Shown piece after piece: positions 43,228 to 54,079 of a DNA stretch of 64,000 bases. A program made the translations under genes and the position numbers. The notes below the pieces were generated by a model. It did not search any database and was not told the DNA's origin. It worked only from the letters and a program-made list of their open reading frames with translations. The stretch's first letter is position 1. Each line of letters starts with the position of its first letter. Origin of the DNA: an uncultured Methanomicrobiales archaeon (lineage in GTDB: Archaea; Halobacteriota; Methanomicrobia; Methanomicrobiales; Methanospirillaceae); assembly GCA_963697895.1 (NCBI GenBank), contig OY969100.1:1664001-1728000 (forward strand), in the 5' to 3' direction.

Positions 43228-44391
43228 TTATCCAGAGACCGCAGAAAGGAATCGTTCCATCCTTCTCAGGGCTTCATTGAGGTCCTTTCTGGATACTGCA
43301 TATGCGCATCGGAGGTGAATTCCTTCGGGATCGCCAAATACCCTTCCCGGGACCACCGCCACGCGTTCTTCGCGAAGGAGCCGTTCTGCGAACTCTTCGT
43401 CCGTAAGCCCGGTGGACTGGACGGAGGGGAAGGCATAGAAGGCACCCTCAGGGAGATGGCAGCGAAGTCCGATTTTATTGAGCCCTTCGATAAACAGGTT
43501 TCTCCGCACACGATATTCCCGTACCATTGAATTCTTCTCTTCTTCACCGTTCCTGAGCGCCTCTGTTGCCGCGACCTGCCCCATCACCGGTGCGCAGAGC
43601 ATGACATACTGGTGGATCTTGAGTGCTGCATCACAGATTTCCTGCGGAGCACAGAGATATCCGATCCGCCATCCGGTCATTGCATATGCTTTTGAAAAAC
43701 CATTGAGCGTTATCGTCCGTTCCCTGAGGGAATCCACGGTCGCCGGGGCGAGGTGGCTCCCCTCGTAGGTGAGTTCTGCATAGACCTCATCGCTGATGAG
43801 AAGAAGATCATGGTCCTTGAGGATATCTGAAATGGCACTGATATGTTCCCGCCTCATCACCGCCCCGGTCGGATTATTAGGGAAATTGATCATCAGAACC
43901 TTGCTTTTATTCGTAACCTTCTCCATTAGTGTTTCGGGATTGAGGCGAAAATGATCTTTTTCCAGGCAGGGGACATCAACGGGCACCCCACCGGCCAGCT
44001 GGACACACGGCGAGTATGAGACATAGCTGGGAGATGCAATCAGCACCTCGTCCCCGGGATCTACTACCGTTCGAACGGCGATGTCGAGGGCTTCACTAAC
44101 ACCGGCCGTGATGATCATCTCCTTCTCCCCGCTATAATCCAGATGGTAATGCTGGAGAAGGTAACGGGAGAGCACATCGCGGAGCGGTTGCATCCCACGG
44201 TTGGATGAATATGATGTGCGCCCCTGTTCGATGGAATATATGCTTGACTCACAGAGGTTCCACGGGGTGGAAAAATCCGGTTCCCCGACCCCGAGCGATA
44301 TGACCCCCTCAAGAGTCTTTACCAGATCAAAATATTTCCGTATGCCTGACGGGGGTATTTCCCGTGCATGCCGGGAGATAAAATCCCTCAT
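43228..44391 (-). CDS. PLP-dependent aminotransferase class I/II
   Basis: [47 protein letters not shown]; likely ATG at 44391. Confidence 0.92.
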   Translation of the reverse strand: MRDFISRHAREIPPSGIRKYFDLVKTLEGVISLGVGEPDFSTPWNLCESSIYSIEQGRTSYSSNRGMQPLRDVLSRYLLQHYHLDYSGEKEMIITAGVSEALDIAVRTVVDPGDEVLIASPSYVSYSPCVQLAGGVPVDVPCLEKDHFRLNPETLMEKVTNKSKVLMINFPNNPTGAVMRREHISAISDILKDHDLLLISDEVYAELTYEGSHLAPATVDSLRERTITLNGFSKAYAMTGWRIGYLCAPQEICDAALKIHQYVMLCAPVMGQVAATEALRNGEEEKNSMVREYRVRRNLFIEGLNKIGLRCHLPEGAFYAFPSVQSTGLTDEEFAERLLREERVAVVPGRVFGDPEGIHLRCAYAVSRKDLNEALRRMERFLSAVSG

Positions 44392-44401
44392 TGTTCTCCC
44401 T

Positions 44402-44893
44402 TCAGAATGAATAGGGGATCCGTTCTCCCCCCTCTCGCTCACAGAACGTGTTGCCGTATTCCTTATATGTTTTCATTATAATATGGGTGGCCGTTTCACG
44501 GATTTTGTCCATGGGTGCGATATGCTCAGATACAAACCGGGCCACTTCCTGCATGTTCTTTCCGGTCACCATCAACTGGAAATCGTACACTCCTGTGATC
44601 AGCCTGAGTGATTTCACTTGTTTGAACCGGGATATCCTCTCTGCTATCCGGTCATATCCGAAATCACGCTCGGGGTTTACCTTCAGTTCGATGATCGCAG
44701 ACACCTCTCCGTTCCCAGCTCTCTCCCAATCTATTGCTGTTGTGTACCCGCGGATAATTCCCGCCTCTTCCAGGGCAGAAATGCGGTTCTCTACATCTGC
44801 CGGCGTCTTTTCAACCATCACTGAAAGTTCACCCGCTTTTAAACGGCCGTTATCCTCCAGCAGATGGAGGAGAAGAAGGTCTGTTTCATCCAT
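44402..44893 (-). CDS. Lrp/AsnC family transcriptional regulator
   Basis: N-terminal HTH (LLHLLEDNGR...LEEAGIIRGY), RAM domain with ITGVYD; likely ATG at 44893. Confidence 0.9.
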   Translation of the reverse strand: MDETDLLLLHLLEDNGRLKAGELSVMVEKTPADVENRISALEEAGIIRGYTTAIDWERAGNGEVSAIIELKVNPERDFGYDRIAERISRFKQVKSLRLITGVYDFQLMVTGKNMQEVARFVSEHIAPMDKIRETATHIIMKTYKEYGNTFCEREGGERIPYSF

Positions 44894-45221
44894 TTCGTTC
44901 ACCTGAACTATACTGTCATTGTCCATACTTCACCATAATCGAAAGATAATTTCATGAATGTCTTGCCTCAATGAAAGAGATTCGTGTGGATCTGATATTA
45001 ATCGGTTATCTGCCATTAATTTAATGGGAGTCCCGGTTTCTGCGGAAGGTGGTGATATAATATGTACGCAAGGCTCCTTACCGCTCCAATTCAACAATAC
45101 GGTGAAGCATACCCATATTTTTATGTATGGTAAGTTCTGGAATGAACGTTATCTATGCCGTTCTTCGTCTCATTGCCGAAAAGTTTCCTGAATGAATGAG
45201 ATCTTTTCGATCTCGTCCGTT

Positions 45222-46514
45222 TTATGACTTGAAAAGATTCTTCACCCAGGTGATATTATTGAGATCCGGCCCCATTCCGAGCTCGTTAAGCCTCTGATCA
45301 TTCAGGATTACCTCCCAGATCTTCGCGGTCTCTGCATCGAACCACATTTCTTTGGTTCTCCCATACCGACCGCGGCTTACTACCCGTGTGTTGATCACCC
45401 CGAGCATGTTGAGCTCGCTGATCAGATCGGTAATCCTCCGGTGTGTCAGGACATCAAGATCGATTCGGGGGGCAATTTCCGTATAGATACGTGTTACTTC
45501 CCCGCTGGTAAATATATTCTGTCCTGACTGATCCAGAATGAGCATACAGTAGAGAACGACTTTGCTCTGGGTCGGCAACGTTGAAATGCATTCGATCATG
45601 CTGTCCGTTTCGATCTTCGCCTGTGCCTGTTTGACATGGCGCTCGGCTACCCGATCTGCTTCTTCACGGTCTGCAAGCTCACCGGAAACCCTGAGAAGGT
45701 CGAGCGCCCGCCGGGCATCCCCGTGTTCCTGGGCGGCGAGACCTGCACAGATAGGAATAACGGTTTCTTCCAGGGCATTTTCCACAAATGCGATATCCGC
45801 TCTTTGTTTCAGAATGTCGCAGAGCTGGGGTGCATTATACGGCGGGAAGACCAATTCTTCCTCGGAGAGAGAGGAAAGGACACGGGGATCGAGGAAATCT
45901 TTGAAACTCAAATCATTCGATATTCCGATCATGCTCACCTTTGAACGCTTCAGGTCAGTATTGATACGGGTGAGGTTATACAGGGTCTCATCGCCACTTT
46001 TTTTCACCAGTTTATCGATCTCATCAAGGACAATAACAAGAACCCCACCACTCGTCTCCAATTGATTTTTCAGTTCCTGATAGACCTGGTCCGTCGGCCA
46101 TCCCGTCATAGGAATATGAATCCGCGTTTTGTCGCTCGCGGTTTCATCTGTTCCGATGAGTAATTTTGAGATCTGAGCAAGGACCCGGTACTGGGTATCG
46201 ATCACCTCGCAGTTCAGGTGAACCACACGGCACGGTGTGTCCATCAAACCACTCGCATGTTCAAGTTCAGTCCCGACATATCGGACGCAGGCGGTCTTTC
46301 CCGTCCCCGTCTTGCCGTAAATGAGTATATTGGAGGGGGTCTCGTTTTTCAGCGCTGGAGCAAGTATCGCTGCGACCTGATCAATCTGGGGCCTTCGGTG
46401 AGGAAGGATGTGGGGACGATATGAGTGGCGGAGAACCTCCCGGTTTTTAAAAATACGGGTGTTTGAAATATATTTTTTAAAGAGGCCAAGGGAGGCATCC
46501 TGTGTATCCGTCAT
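45222..46514 (-). CDS. cdc6: Orc1/Cdc6 replication initiator
   Basis: Y.P..LPHR, IYGKTGTGKT (Walker A), VLDEID (Walker B), FPPYNA.QL, GDARRA, SRGRYGRT winged helix. Confidence 0.96.
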   Translation of the reverse strand: MTDTQDASLGLFKKYISNTRIFKNREVLRHSYRPHILPHRRPQIDQVAAILAPALKNETPSNILIYGKTGTGKTACVRYVGTELEHASGLMDTPCRVVHLNCEVIDTQYRVLAQISKLLIGTDETASDKTRIHIPMTGWPTDQVYQELKNQLETSGGVLVIVLDEIDKLVKKSGDETLYNLTRINTDLKRSKVSMIGISNDLSFKDFLDPRVLSSLSEEELVFPPYNAPQLCDILKQRADIAFVENALEETVIPICAGLAAQEHGDARRALDLLRVSGELADREEADRVAERHVKQAQAKIETDSMIECISTLPTQSKVVLYCMLILDQSGQNIFTSGEVTRIYTEIAPRIDLDVLTHRRITDLISELNMLGVINTRVVSRGRYGRTKEMWFDAETAKIWEVILNDQRLNELGMGPDLNNITWVKNLFKS

Positions 46515-46582
46515 AGTAGCTCAGGGGGAGCTGATACTTGGATACGGTACCTTAAATGTTGATCGTTATCTGACACAGATAA

Positions 46583-46603
46583 ACCCCATGGCTTCCACTG
46601 GAA
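46583..46603 (-). repeat. Origin recognition box (ORB)
   Basis: Reverse complement TTCCAGTGGAAGCCATGGGGT; exact inverted copy of 47184-47204. Confidence 0.85.
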
Positions 46604-46705
46604 ATAACATAATATTAAAAGATTTTGTAAATTTGAGTAGTTTAACAAAATAGAAATATATCTCCTGAAATATTCTGGTAGGCTTGTATAAGGTTTGGGG
46701 TGTTT

Positions 46706-46734
46706 CCCCCGGACCCCTTTATTTCCTGTGGAAA
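46706..46734 (-). repeat. Origin recognition box (ORB) with extended G-string
   Basis: Reverse complement TTTCCACAGGAAATAAAGGGGTCCGGGGG. Confidence 0.85.
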
Positions 46735-46922
46735 TGAATTTAAATATCGCGTCATATTAAAAAATAATTAATAAATACCGGCATTTGGTACTTATATACC
46801 TGCTACTATAAAAGATCAATAGAAGTGATTCGAAACTCAATACAGAGAACTATAGAGCAGTGAAATACCACCAAATAATCAAATAATACGAGTTGCTATA
46901 AAATAATTGAAAATTTACACGC

Positions 46923-46945
46923 TTTGCAGTGGAAACAAAGGGGTC
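46923..46945 (+). repeat. Origin recognition box (ORB)
   Basis: TTTGCAGTGGAAACAAAGGGGTC. Confidence 0.85.
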
Positions 46946-46972
46946 GAATAACATAGAGTTCGCCTCGCCGTT

Positions 46973-46992
46973 CCCGTTTTCTCTACTGGAAA
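46973..46992 (-). repeat. Degenerate ORB
   Basis: Reverse complement TTTCCAGTAGAGAAAACGGG. Confidence 0.5.
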
Positions 46993-47182
46993 TTGGTTAA
47001 ACTATAGAGATGCAATCGTAAGAATATCCACCTACCATTTCTGAAATAATATTTGCCCGGCCACTCAAATGAAAGACACATTTTGTGGGAATTCAGATAA
47101 GATGCGATCAAGCAGGATTACCCCCTCCAGGAAATAATCCGTGGAAATGACAGGGAGGCCCCAGTCGGTGCAATGAAAAAGA

Positions 47183-47208
47183 GTTCCAGTGGAAGCCATG
47201 GGGTCCGG
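47183..47208 (+). repeat. Origin recognition box (ORB)
   Basis: GTTCCAGTGGAAGCCATGGGGTCCGG. Confidence 0.85.
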
Positions 47209-47324
47209 TGGAGCCATCCTCCTTAGCATTCAGGAAGATGAATCATAAAACTGGTTTAGACTAACATTTTCAATCTTCCTCATGGAGCAATATATTTCTG
47301 TTCATACCCCAAACTTCACATTCA

Positions 47325-47813
47325 ATGAATCCGGAACATATCCGTCCTGTGAATATCCGGGTATCCATAATAACGGTATCGACGACACGAACTGTGGAAA
47401 CGGACTCAAGCGGCCAATTAATCCGAAAACTTCTTGATACTGTTGGTTTGCCGGTCGTTTCATATGATATTGTTCAGGATAATATCGGAGCAATCAGGAG
47501 TGGTATTTTTTCGGCATTGAGACAGAGCAATTGTATTATCATAAACGGGGGCACAGGTCTGACCCACGATGATTGCACTATCGAAGCAGTTTTACCACTC
47601 CTTGACAAAACAATCGACGGTTTTGGGGAATTATTCCGGCAAAAAAGTTATGAGGAGGTCGGGACAGCGGCCATTCTTTCCCGTGCTATCGCTGGCATAT
47701 CGGGAGGAGCAGCAATCTTCTGCATTCCGGGCTCGAATGCTGCGGTCAGGTTGGCAACGGAATCTCTGATAATTCCTGAGATTCGCCATATCCTGACTCA
47801 TGCCGGCCGGTGA
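47325..47813 (+). CDS. moaB: Molybdopterin adenylyltransferase MoaB/MogA family
   Basis: ITVS...D.SG, V.D, NGGTGLT.DD.T.EA, GFGELFR, LSRA, PGS..AV. Confidence 0.88.
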   Translation: MNPEHIRPVNIRVSIITVSTTRTVETDSSGQLIRKLLDTVGLPVVSYDIVQDNIGAIRSGIFSALRQSNCIIINGGTGLTHDDCTIEAVLPLLDKTIDGFGELFRQKSYEEVGTAAILSRAIAGISGGAAIFCIPGSNAAVRLATESLIIPEIRHILTHAGR

Positions 47814-47904
47814 ACAGATAGTTCCGGAAGATATAGCGTATTTGGTTATAGCGGCAGTTTTTTTCTTCGCTTGAGTATCATTCTGTGGTTCAAAACGTCG
47901 GAGT

Positions 47905-48420
47905 TCATCGATATACTTCGAGCAGGGCTACACGTTCGAGCACCAGCTCTTTCAACCGGTTTGGCCCGCTTGCACGAAGCTCGGCCCGAGTGATGCCAAA
48001 GAGCTCCATAAGGTGGGCAACCTTCCCGGAATCAATACCTTCCCAGTCATCATCCATCTCAGTCATCAGGGGTCGGATGATCTCCCATGCAGATGCACTC
48101 GGGGGGCATATACAGAGATACACCCGGTTCATACCTTCGTGTATACCAAACCGTATGGCAGATGCACACTGACGCGAGCCTGCTGCATAGAGGAGGGCCT
48201 CCATCTCTACAGAATGAGAGATACAGGTCTCTTCTTCTGCAGCGCGGAATGCATGACGAAGGGCAGACTCGACATGGGCGATGCCTGCCATGTTATCGGC
48301 ATTGAAGAGGATAATATTACACGCATGATTCAACGCAATATTCCTGATATTGGCAAGAAAATTTGCTGAATTGTCTACAGTAAGGCAGGCTTTCCTGATA
48401 TCGCACAAAAACCCACTCAT
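47905..48420 (-). CDS. cgi121: KEOPS complex subunit Cgi121
   Basis: [39 protein letters not shown]. Confidence 0.88.
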   Translation of the reverse strand: MSGFLCDIRKACLTVDNSANFLANIRNIALNHACNIILFNADNMAGIAHVESALRHAFRAAEEETCISHSVEMEALLYAAGSRQCASAIRFGIHEGMNRVYLCICPPSASAWEIIRPLMTEMDDDWEGIDSGKVAHLMELFGITRAELRASGPNRLKELVLERVALLEVYR

Positions 48421-50573
48421 GGGGAGTCTCCGAAATCAGATAAGGTTGGCTGGATGTATGATGAGGTTCCCGCACCCTCATCTCCTTCGGTCTTTCCCTT
48501 TTCCGCGAACATCTGCTGGGCGATTCCCCTCCCAAGAATTGCAGCAATACGATCAATCCCGGCGGATTTCACCGTTTCCGGATCTGTGATCCCATTGTTG
48601 AACAATCTTCGGGCACGAACCCTGCCGATATTCCGGAGCCGGATGAGTGGTAACAGTTCCCTCTTTACACCGTTATTCATGCAGACTTCATATTCCTGGA
48701 TTGAAGAAGAAAATCGGGGAGCAAACATCCGGGCAAGACGTCCGGTCGCATGGAGAAGCCATTTGACACTCTCTACCATATTATAGATATCACCGGGCCC
48801 GATGCCATATCGCTCGCAGATCATTGCTTCAGGCACTTCTTCAGACCAGTCTCTGAGGAGCATGGTGGTCTTGATCGCCCGGTAATAGGATTCGTCATCT
48901 TCACCGACGGGAGGCCCGAGCCACAGATCATCTTCATGCTCGCAGATGAACCGGTCAAGATAATAGAGGTCGTTATTACTCACGTAGAGAGTATACATGT
49001 CGGGGGTGTTGCAAATGAGCTGGAGCAGCCCGATGTCCGAATAAACGGTAAGAGATCGGAGTCTTTCCACGATTGATTCAGCACTTTTGGGATGTATATA
49101 CAACTGAGAGACAAGGATACCAAATTCGGTTGCATCGATTCTCGTTCCTGTTTCCACGATCATTTCGGTATTCAGGAGAAATTGTATAATATGATCAATT
49201 ACATGGACTATTGAACGATTTTGCCGATGCTGATGCATATAGAAGGTCTGATCCATAAATGCAATAAGTTCTTCAGGCGAATGCACGAATGAGGAAGCTA
49301 TCGCAGATAAAATATGCGTGCATAATGCCTTTTCGCGTGCACACTGTGAATGGACATCTTCAGGAGGGGCATTGATATAACCCTCAAAGAGCGCCTCGAG
49401 ATGGTGCTCATCCTTTGCAATAAGAACGGCCTCTCCATACGGGTCAAGCCCGGGACGACCCGCACGTCCTGCCATCTGGTGATATTCACTCGCAGGAATC
49501 GGAACCATCCCCTCACCCGACGAGAATCTCAGGTAATCTCTGATCACCACGCGTCTCGCCGGGAGGTTTAGGCCTGCAGCGAGTGTCGGGGTAGATGCAA
49601 TGGTCTTTATGTAGCCCTTCCTGAATGCTTCTTCAACGATCGATCGTTCACCCCGGCTGAGCCCTGCATGATGGAATGCCGCGCCCCGCTCTACACATGC
49701 GGCAAGGATCTTCCCCATCTCAGTCTCCGCAATCTTCCGGAGCCGATCGGCATATCCGGCAAGCTCAGGTGTTTCATATCCAAGAGCGTTTCCTGCACGT
49801 TTCGCAAAAGCCTCTGCATTTCGCCGGGAAGAAACAAATACGAGGCATTGACCTCCTTCATCGATCGTGTCCCTGCAGAGGTTGAGATCGTCATATCGTG
49901 ATCGGGAAGAGACCGGGCGATTGAGATCGGCGAACTGGATCTGGCCGTTATAAAACACTCCCTGCCGAAGGTCGACCGGACGCCAGGAACTGGTCACCAG
50001 CCCGGCGCCGAGCCACTCTGCAAGTATGTTGGGGTTTCCGATGGTGGCACTGAGCGCCATCAACTGTATTCCGGGATTTCGAAAACGCATTTTCGTAATC
50101 ACCATCTCGAGGGTAGGTCCCCGATCCGGGGAATCGATCAGGTGGACCTCGTCGATAACGAGAAGCGTGATGTCTTTCAGCCACGGAGTGGCATTTCTTA
50201 GCAGAGAGTCGACCTTTTCGCTCGTCGCCACGATTATATCGTTTCGGCCAAGAAATTCATCACGACGATCGAAATCCCCTGTTGCAATCCCCACCCTCAC
50301 TCCTTTACCCGTGAATTCGTCAAATTTTTCGCTCGCAAGGGCTTTCAGCGGGACAATATACAGGCATTTTCCCCGGTGTTCAACCTGATGATGCATCGCC
50401 ATCTCGGCGATAAGGGTCTTGCCGCTCGCTGTCGGTATTGCAATGAGAAGATTTTTCCCTTCGAATATCCCTGCACGAACACAATCTTCCTGAGGGGGGT
50501 ACAACTCCTGTATCCCTGAAGCAGCGTACCTTTCCTTCAACGGACCAGGTATGGGCAGTTCATCAACCTTCAT
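48417..50573 (-). CDS. hel308: Ski2-like ATP-dependent DNA helicase Hel308/Hjm
   Basis: [56 protein letters not shown]-terminal HhH IGRVRAR. Confidence 0.93.
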   Translation of the reverse strand: MKVDELPIPGPLKERYAASGIQELYPPQEDCVRAGIFEGKNLLIAIPTASGKTLIAEMAMHHQVEHRGKCLYIVPLKALASEKFDEFTGKGVRVGIATGDFDRRDEFLGRNDIIVATSEKVDSLLRNATPWLKDITLLVIDEVHLIDSPDRGPTLEMVITKMRFRNPGIQLMALSATIGNPNILAEWLGAGLVTSSWRPVDLRQGVFYNGQIQFADLNRPVSSRSRYDDLNLCRDTIDEGGQCLVFVSSRRNAEAFAKRAGNALGYETPELAGYADRLRKIAETEMGKILAACVERGAAFHHAGLSRGERSIVEEAFRKGYIKTIASTPTLAAGLNLPARRVVIRDYLRFSSGEGMVPIPASEYHQMAGRAGRPGLDPYGEAVLIAKDEHHLEALFEGYINAPPEDVHSQCAREKALCTHILSAIASSFVHSPEELIAFMDQTFYMHQHRQNRSIVHVIDHIIQFLLNTEMIVETGTRIDATEFGILVSQLYIHPKSAESIVERLRSLTVYSDIGLLQLICNTPDMYTLYVSNNDLYYLDRFICEHEDDLWLGPPVGEDDESYYRAIKTTMLLRDWSEEVPEAMICERYGIGPGDIYNMVESVKWLLHATGRLARMFAPRFSSSIQEYEVCMNNGVKRELLPLIRLRNIGRVRARRLFNNGITDPETVKSAGIDRIAAILGRGIAQQMFAEKGKTEGDEGAGTSSYIQPTLSDFGDSP

Positions 50574-50709
50574 CAGAACCCCTTCGATTCCACTCTAGCA
50601 ACACGAATCCGCTTCGCAAATCGCGATTCTGATTGTGGAATCACCGCGTCCTCTCCATTGGAAACCATCCTCAGATTGAAGTAACCCAGATAGATGCCGA
50701 CGGTATACC

Positions 50710-51250
50710 TCAATAATAGTAGCTGAGCATATCCTGTTTCAGCTTCACGCTTCTTCCGCTCAAGGAATGCAAATACCGTCTCATGGGGGATCCCTTTGAC
50801 GATCATGTCTATCGCCTCCCGGGCAACTTTTACCTGATCCGGGAGACCGATCAATGCGACAGTCTTCCCCTGGATGGATATTGAAGTATCGGTCATATGT
50901 TCGATCTGTTCACGGCTCTTCCCCTCTTTTCCTATGATTCTGCCACGTATACGATCCATCTGCCTCGGGCTGTCGGCTATTCCGGAAAGATCGATGATAT
51001 CGAAAAGAAGATCCTCATCATCGAGGAGGATAAATGCACGTTCCGGGGAAAATCCACGGTTTATGGCATTAATCGTCTCTGCTGCCCGTAACACGCCGAC
51101 GGCATCTTCACCCTCCACCTGAACAACACCTTCCTTGCTATCAATCGTGATCGTCACGTGCGTTTTTTCCTCAATTTCCTTCTTGGTTGACCCGCCCTTT
51201 CCAATCAGGACGCCGATTCTGTTTCCTGAAACTTTAACTTCCTGTATCAT
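50710..51250 (-). CDS. KH-domain ribosome biogenesis protein Dim2/Pno1; apparent +1 indel at about 50740
   Basis: RIGVLIGKGG, AINRGFSPERA, GRIIGKEGK, G.PH..V; removing one base gives the ending REAKQDMLSYYY* (stop 50710-50712). Confidence 0.9.
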
Positions 51251-52059
51251 GATGTTCCCTGCCCGTTTACTTCAGAGGGAGTTGATTCCGGTGGACTCCT
51301 GCCGGTTATCTCCGCAAATAATTCTCGTTCCTCAATCACATCAGCATATGATGAGAAAAACCGGTTCACGTTTGACAGATCGCGAAAGAGAAATGCATTC
51401 GCCCGGGGATGGTCAAGCGTGACAGACTGACCCATATCAATGAAATACGGATGAGTACCATCAAACAAGATATTGAATTCACTCAGGTCTGCATGCACCA
51501 GACCTGCGTCGGCATAGAGCATCCTGATAAACGAGATAATCTCCCGATACGTAGCCTCCGGATCATCCATGGTCGCATTCCTCAGCTGCGGATAGGGATT
51601 CTCTCCTTCCCCGAGGAATTGCATGATCAGGATGTTTCTGTCCCAGACCAACGGAACAGGAACGGATATACCCGAATCGTGAGCCCTTTTGAGGTTGCTG
51701 AATTCCTTCTTTGTCCAGACAAAAACAATATCTTTTCGTGTATGCTTGATGCGGGAAAAACGTCGATCCCCGATGATATATGCAGACATTGTATTAAAAT
51801 TGGCAGTTCGTATCCGGTATATCTTGATTGCAACAGATTGTTCATCTTTCCACCCCAGGAATACGTTCGCCTCCTTTCCCGTACTGATGGGGCCTCCGAT
51901 AGAGGTAATCCATTTTTTGTGGATCAGCCGGTATAATGCGAGAAGCGTAACCTCATCAAAGACGTCTTCCCTCACTTTCAGTTGATTAACATCTTTTATA
52001 CGGATACCGAGCGCCTCTATCTTCCGGTCGAAATTATCCTCCATCCTTTCGATCTTCAC
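51247..52059 (-). CDS. rio1: RIO1 serine/threonine kinase
   Basis: ISTGKEANVF, AIKIYR, YI.GD.RF, W..KEF.NL, HADLSEFN, IDMGQSV. Confidence 0.93.
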   Translation of the reverse strand: MKIERMEDNFDRKIEALGIRIKDVNQLKVREDVFDEVTLLALYRLIHKKWITSIGGPISTGKEANVFLGWKDEQSVAIKIYRIRTANFNTMSAYIIGDRRFSRIKHTRKDIVFVWTKKEFSNLKRAHDSGISVPVPLVWDRNILIMQFLGEGENPYPQLRNATMDDPEATYREIISFIRMLYADAGLVHADLSEFNILFDGTHPYFIDMGQSVTLDHPRANAFLFRDLSNVNRFFSSYADVIEERELFAEITGRSPPESTPSEVNGQGTS

Positions 52060-52074
52060 TCTTTGTCCCCCGGG

Positions 52075-53016
52075 TCAGTGAATGTAATCCCATACACATG
52101 AGAGGAGTTCTCCCATATACGATCCCGCGGTCTTTTTCAGATCAAGAGGGTGGATCTCCCCCTTCCGGTAGGCTTCCTCCAGAGCCTCATAGTTGCCAAA
52201 CTCCCGGTCTCCCCCAAATTTGGCAGCCCGATGGACAGTGACTGAACCAGATCGTGGAAAGATGTGATACTGAAAGATCTGGAGGATAGGATTCTCTACG
52301 CATTCCGGAGGACAGAATGCCTTCTGACATTTTTTCTCGATGTCTTCTACCGAATCGGCGACAGAGATGTAATTTCCACTGGATGAGGACATTTTCTTTC
52401 CGTCGAGACCGTTGAGGATTGGGGTGTGGATACAGACCGGGGCCGGGTATCCGATCGCAGTAAGATTCTCGCGTGCCAGCATGTGTATCTTCCTCTGGTC
52501 AATACCCCCCACCGCAGCGTCCACCCCCAGTGAGGCGATATCGACCATCTGCATAATCGGGTAGATCATCTGGGAAACGGTTGGCGCCGCCATCTGCCTT
52601 CCAACCTCATCCATACTCCGTTTCGCCCTGTTCAGCGTGATCTGCTGGGAAAGACGGAGCATCATCAGTTCGTAATCCGCATTCAGCTGGAGATCTGAAC
52701 CGAGAACGAATGTGACATCTTTGAGGCCAAGGCCCTCAAAGCATCTCCTGTTATACTCTGCAAGCTCGCGGACCTGTTCCATATCCCCTTTCCTGTTCAG
52801 AAACGCGTGGAGATCGGCGAGGAGAACAATGACCTCGAAACCGGCATGTTTCAGATCCACCAGTTTGTTCACCGTGACGAGATGTCCGAGATGGATCTCG
52901 CCACTTGGTTCATATCCAGCGTAAACTCGTTTTACCGGCCGGTGAAGGAGTGCGATAAGTTCCTCGTTGGTGATGACTTCAACGGTGTTCCGGGTCGCAA
53001 GCGAGTACGGATCCAT
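52075..53016 (-). CDS. tyrS: Tyrosyl-tRNA synthetase (archaeal)
   Basis: YAGYEPSG.IHLGH, LADLHA, YP.MQ..D, GGIDQRKIH, KMSSS, HPLDLK. Confidence 0.96.
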   Translation of the reverse strand: MDPYSLATRNTVEVITNEELIALLHRPVKRVYAGYEPSGEIHLGHLVTVNKLVDLKHAGFEVIVLLADLHAFLNRKGDMEQVRELAEYNRRCFEGLGLKDVTFVLGSDLQLNADYELMMLRLSQQITLNRAKRSMDEVGRQMAAPTVSQMIYPIMQMVDIASLGVDAAVGGIDQRKIHMLARENLTAIGYPAPVCIHTPILNGLDGKKMSSSSGNYISVADSVEDIEKKCQKAFCPPECVENPILQIFQYHIFPRSGSVTVHRAAKFGGDREFGNYEALEEAYRKGEIHPLDLKKTAGSYMGELLSCVWDYIH

Positions 53017-53059
53017 TAAAAATAATGGGTGATGGGGAGTGTTAATGATTGTTCTCGGG

Positions 53060-54079
53060 TCAGATGGCTTTGAAGCCGAGTGCCTGATTGGTCATGGCCA
53101 CGGAAACGGCAGGATCAGTAACAGTTCCCATCATGGCCCGGATCGCATCTATATTCTCCACTACCACATCGGCTTCCTGATGGATTGCCTGAAAGAGATA
53201 TAGCTCTTTTCCCTCAACCGATATGGATTCTTCGAATATTCCGTTTTCCCATAGGTCCGATCTGCAACGGCCGAGGTCCATTGCGAATTCCTTCAGTTCT
53301 GCGGTACTGGTGATACCGGTTTCCTTCCGTACAAGCCCCATTCTCGGGTGTTTCTCAATAATCTCAATTACATGGTCCCGTGTGGCCGCTTTTTTAAGGT
53401 CCATCTGCACAACATGCATGTGCATCATCGTGACAGGCACAATCATAGCAAGGGTGACGATGTTGATATGCGGCAGAACGCTTTGTACATCAGGTCCGTG
53501 GTGGCTCGGAATGTGTACCGGGTTGAGTACGATGGCATCGATAGGTCCCCGCTTGATATCCGCCGGGTCGCCACCTCTGCGAACCATCACTGCCCTGACC
53601 TTTTCAATACCGAATACTTTGTCCATTGCGTTGATTATTCGGCACAGACCAGTCGTATTACAGGATACGACACGTGTGAAATTTCGGCCGATTGCTTTCG
53701 TATAGTTGCAGTCGGAGTTGAAGGAGAAACCGGCAATTGCATGCTCCTCTCCCCCCTGCCAGATTGCCTTTACGCCGAATTTTTCATAAAGCGGTTTATT
53801 CTTCTCACCTACTCCGCCAGGTGTCGCGTCAATGACAATATCGGCCGCCTTAATCATATCCTCAACACTGCCGGCTACCGGAATTCCAGCCTTATCAAAG
53901 GCATTCTTTTTTGCCATGTCCGCGATATACAGAGGGTACCCCCGGATGGACGCGATCACCGCTTCATGGCTGGGGCGGGTCTTTGAGACCCCAATCACTT
54001 TCATATCCGGTTGAGCGGCAACTGCGTCAGCAACTCGCTTCCCAATGGTCCCGTATCCGTTGATTGCGACATCGATCAT
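53060..54079 (-). CDS. gap: Glyceraldehyde-3-phosphate dehydrogenase, archaeal type II
   Basis: VAINGYGTIGKRVADA, QGGE, VVSCNTTGL, PSHHGPD, QAIHQE..V..ENIDAIRA; likely ATG at 54079. Confidence 0.95.
   Translation of the reverse strand: MIDVAINGYGTIGKRVADAVAAQPDMKVIGVSKTRPSHEAVIASIRGYPLYIADMAKKNAFDKAGIPVAGSVEDMIKAADIVIDATPGGVGEKNKPLYEKFGVKAIWQGGEEHAIAGFSFNSDCNYTKAIGRNFTRVVSCNTTGLCRIINAMDKVFGIEKVRAVMVRRGGDPADIKRGPIDAIVLNPVHIPSHHGPDVQSVLPHINIVTLAMIVPVTMMHMHVVQMDLKKAATRDHVIEIIEKHPRMGLVRKETGITSTAELKEFAMDLGRCRSDLWENGIFEESISVEGKELYLFQAIHQEADVVVENIDAIRAMMGTVTDPAVSVAMTNQALGFKAI

Larger units (their letters stand above)
46515..47324. other. Probable replication origin (oriC)
   Basis: About 810-bp non-coding region directly upstream of cdc6 with multiple ORB elements and an AT-rich core (about 46735-46920). 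Confidence 0.88.

Noticed and set aside
46583-47208. 21-bp inverted repeat as the ends of a MITE or IS, or as a CRISPR remnant
   Set aside because: The sequence matches the ORB pattern, has additional internal copies and lies next to cdc6; no transposase, target-site duplication or regular spacers
50573-50709. Long C-terminal tail of the KH protein abutting hel308
   Set aside because: Created by the indel at about 50740; the repaired gene stops at 50710
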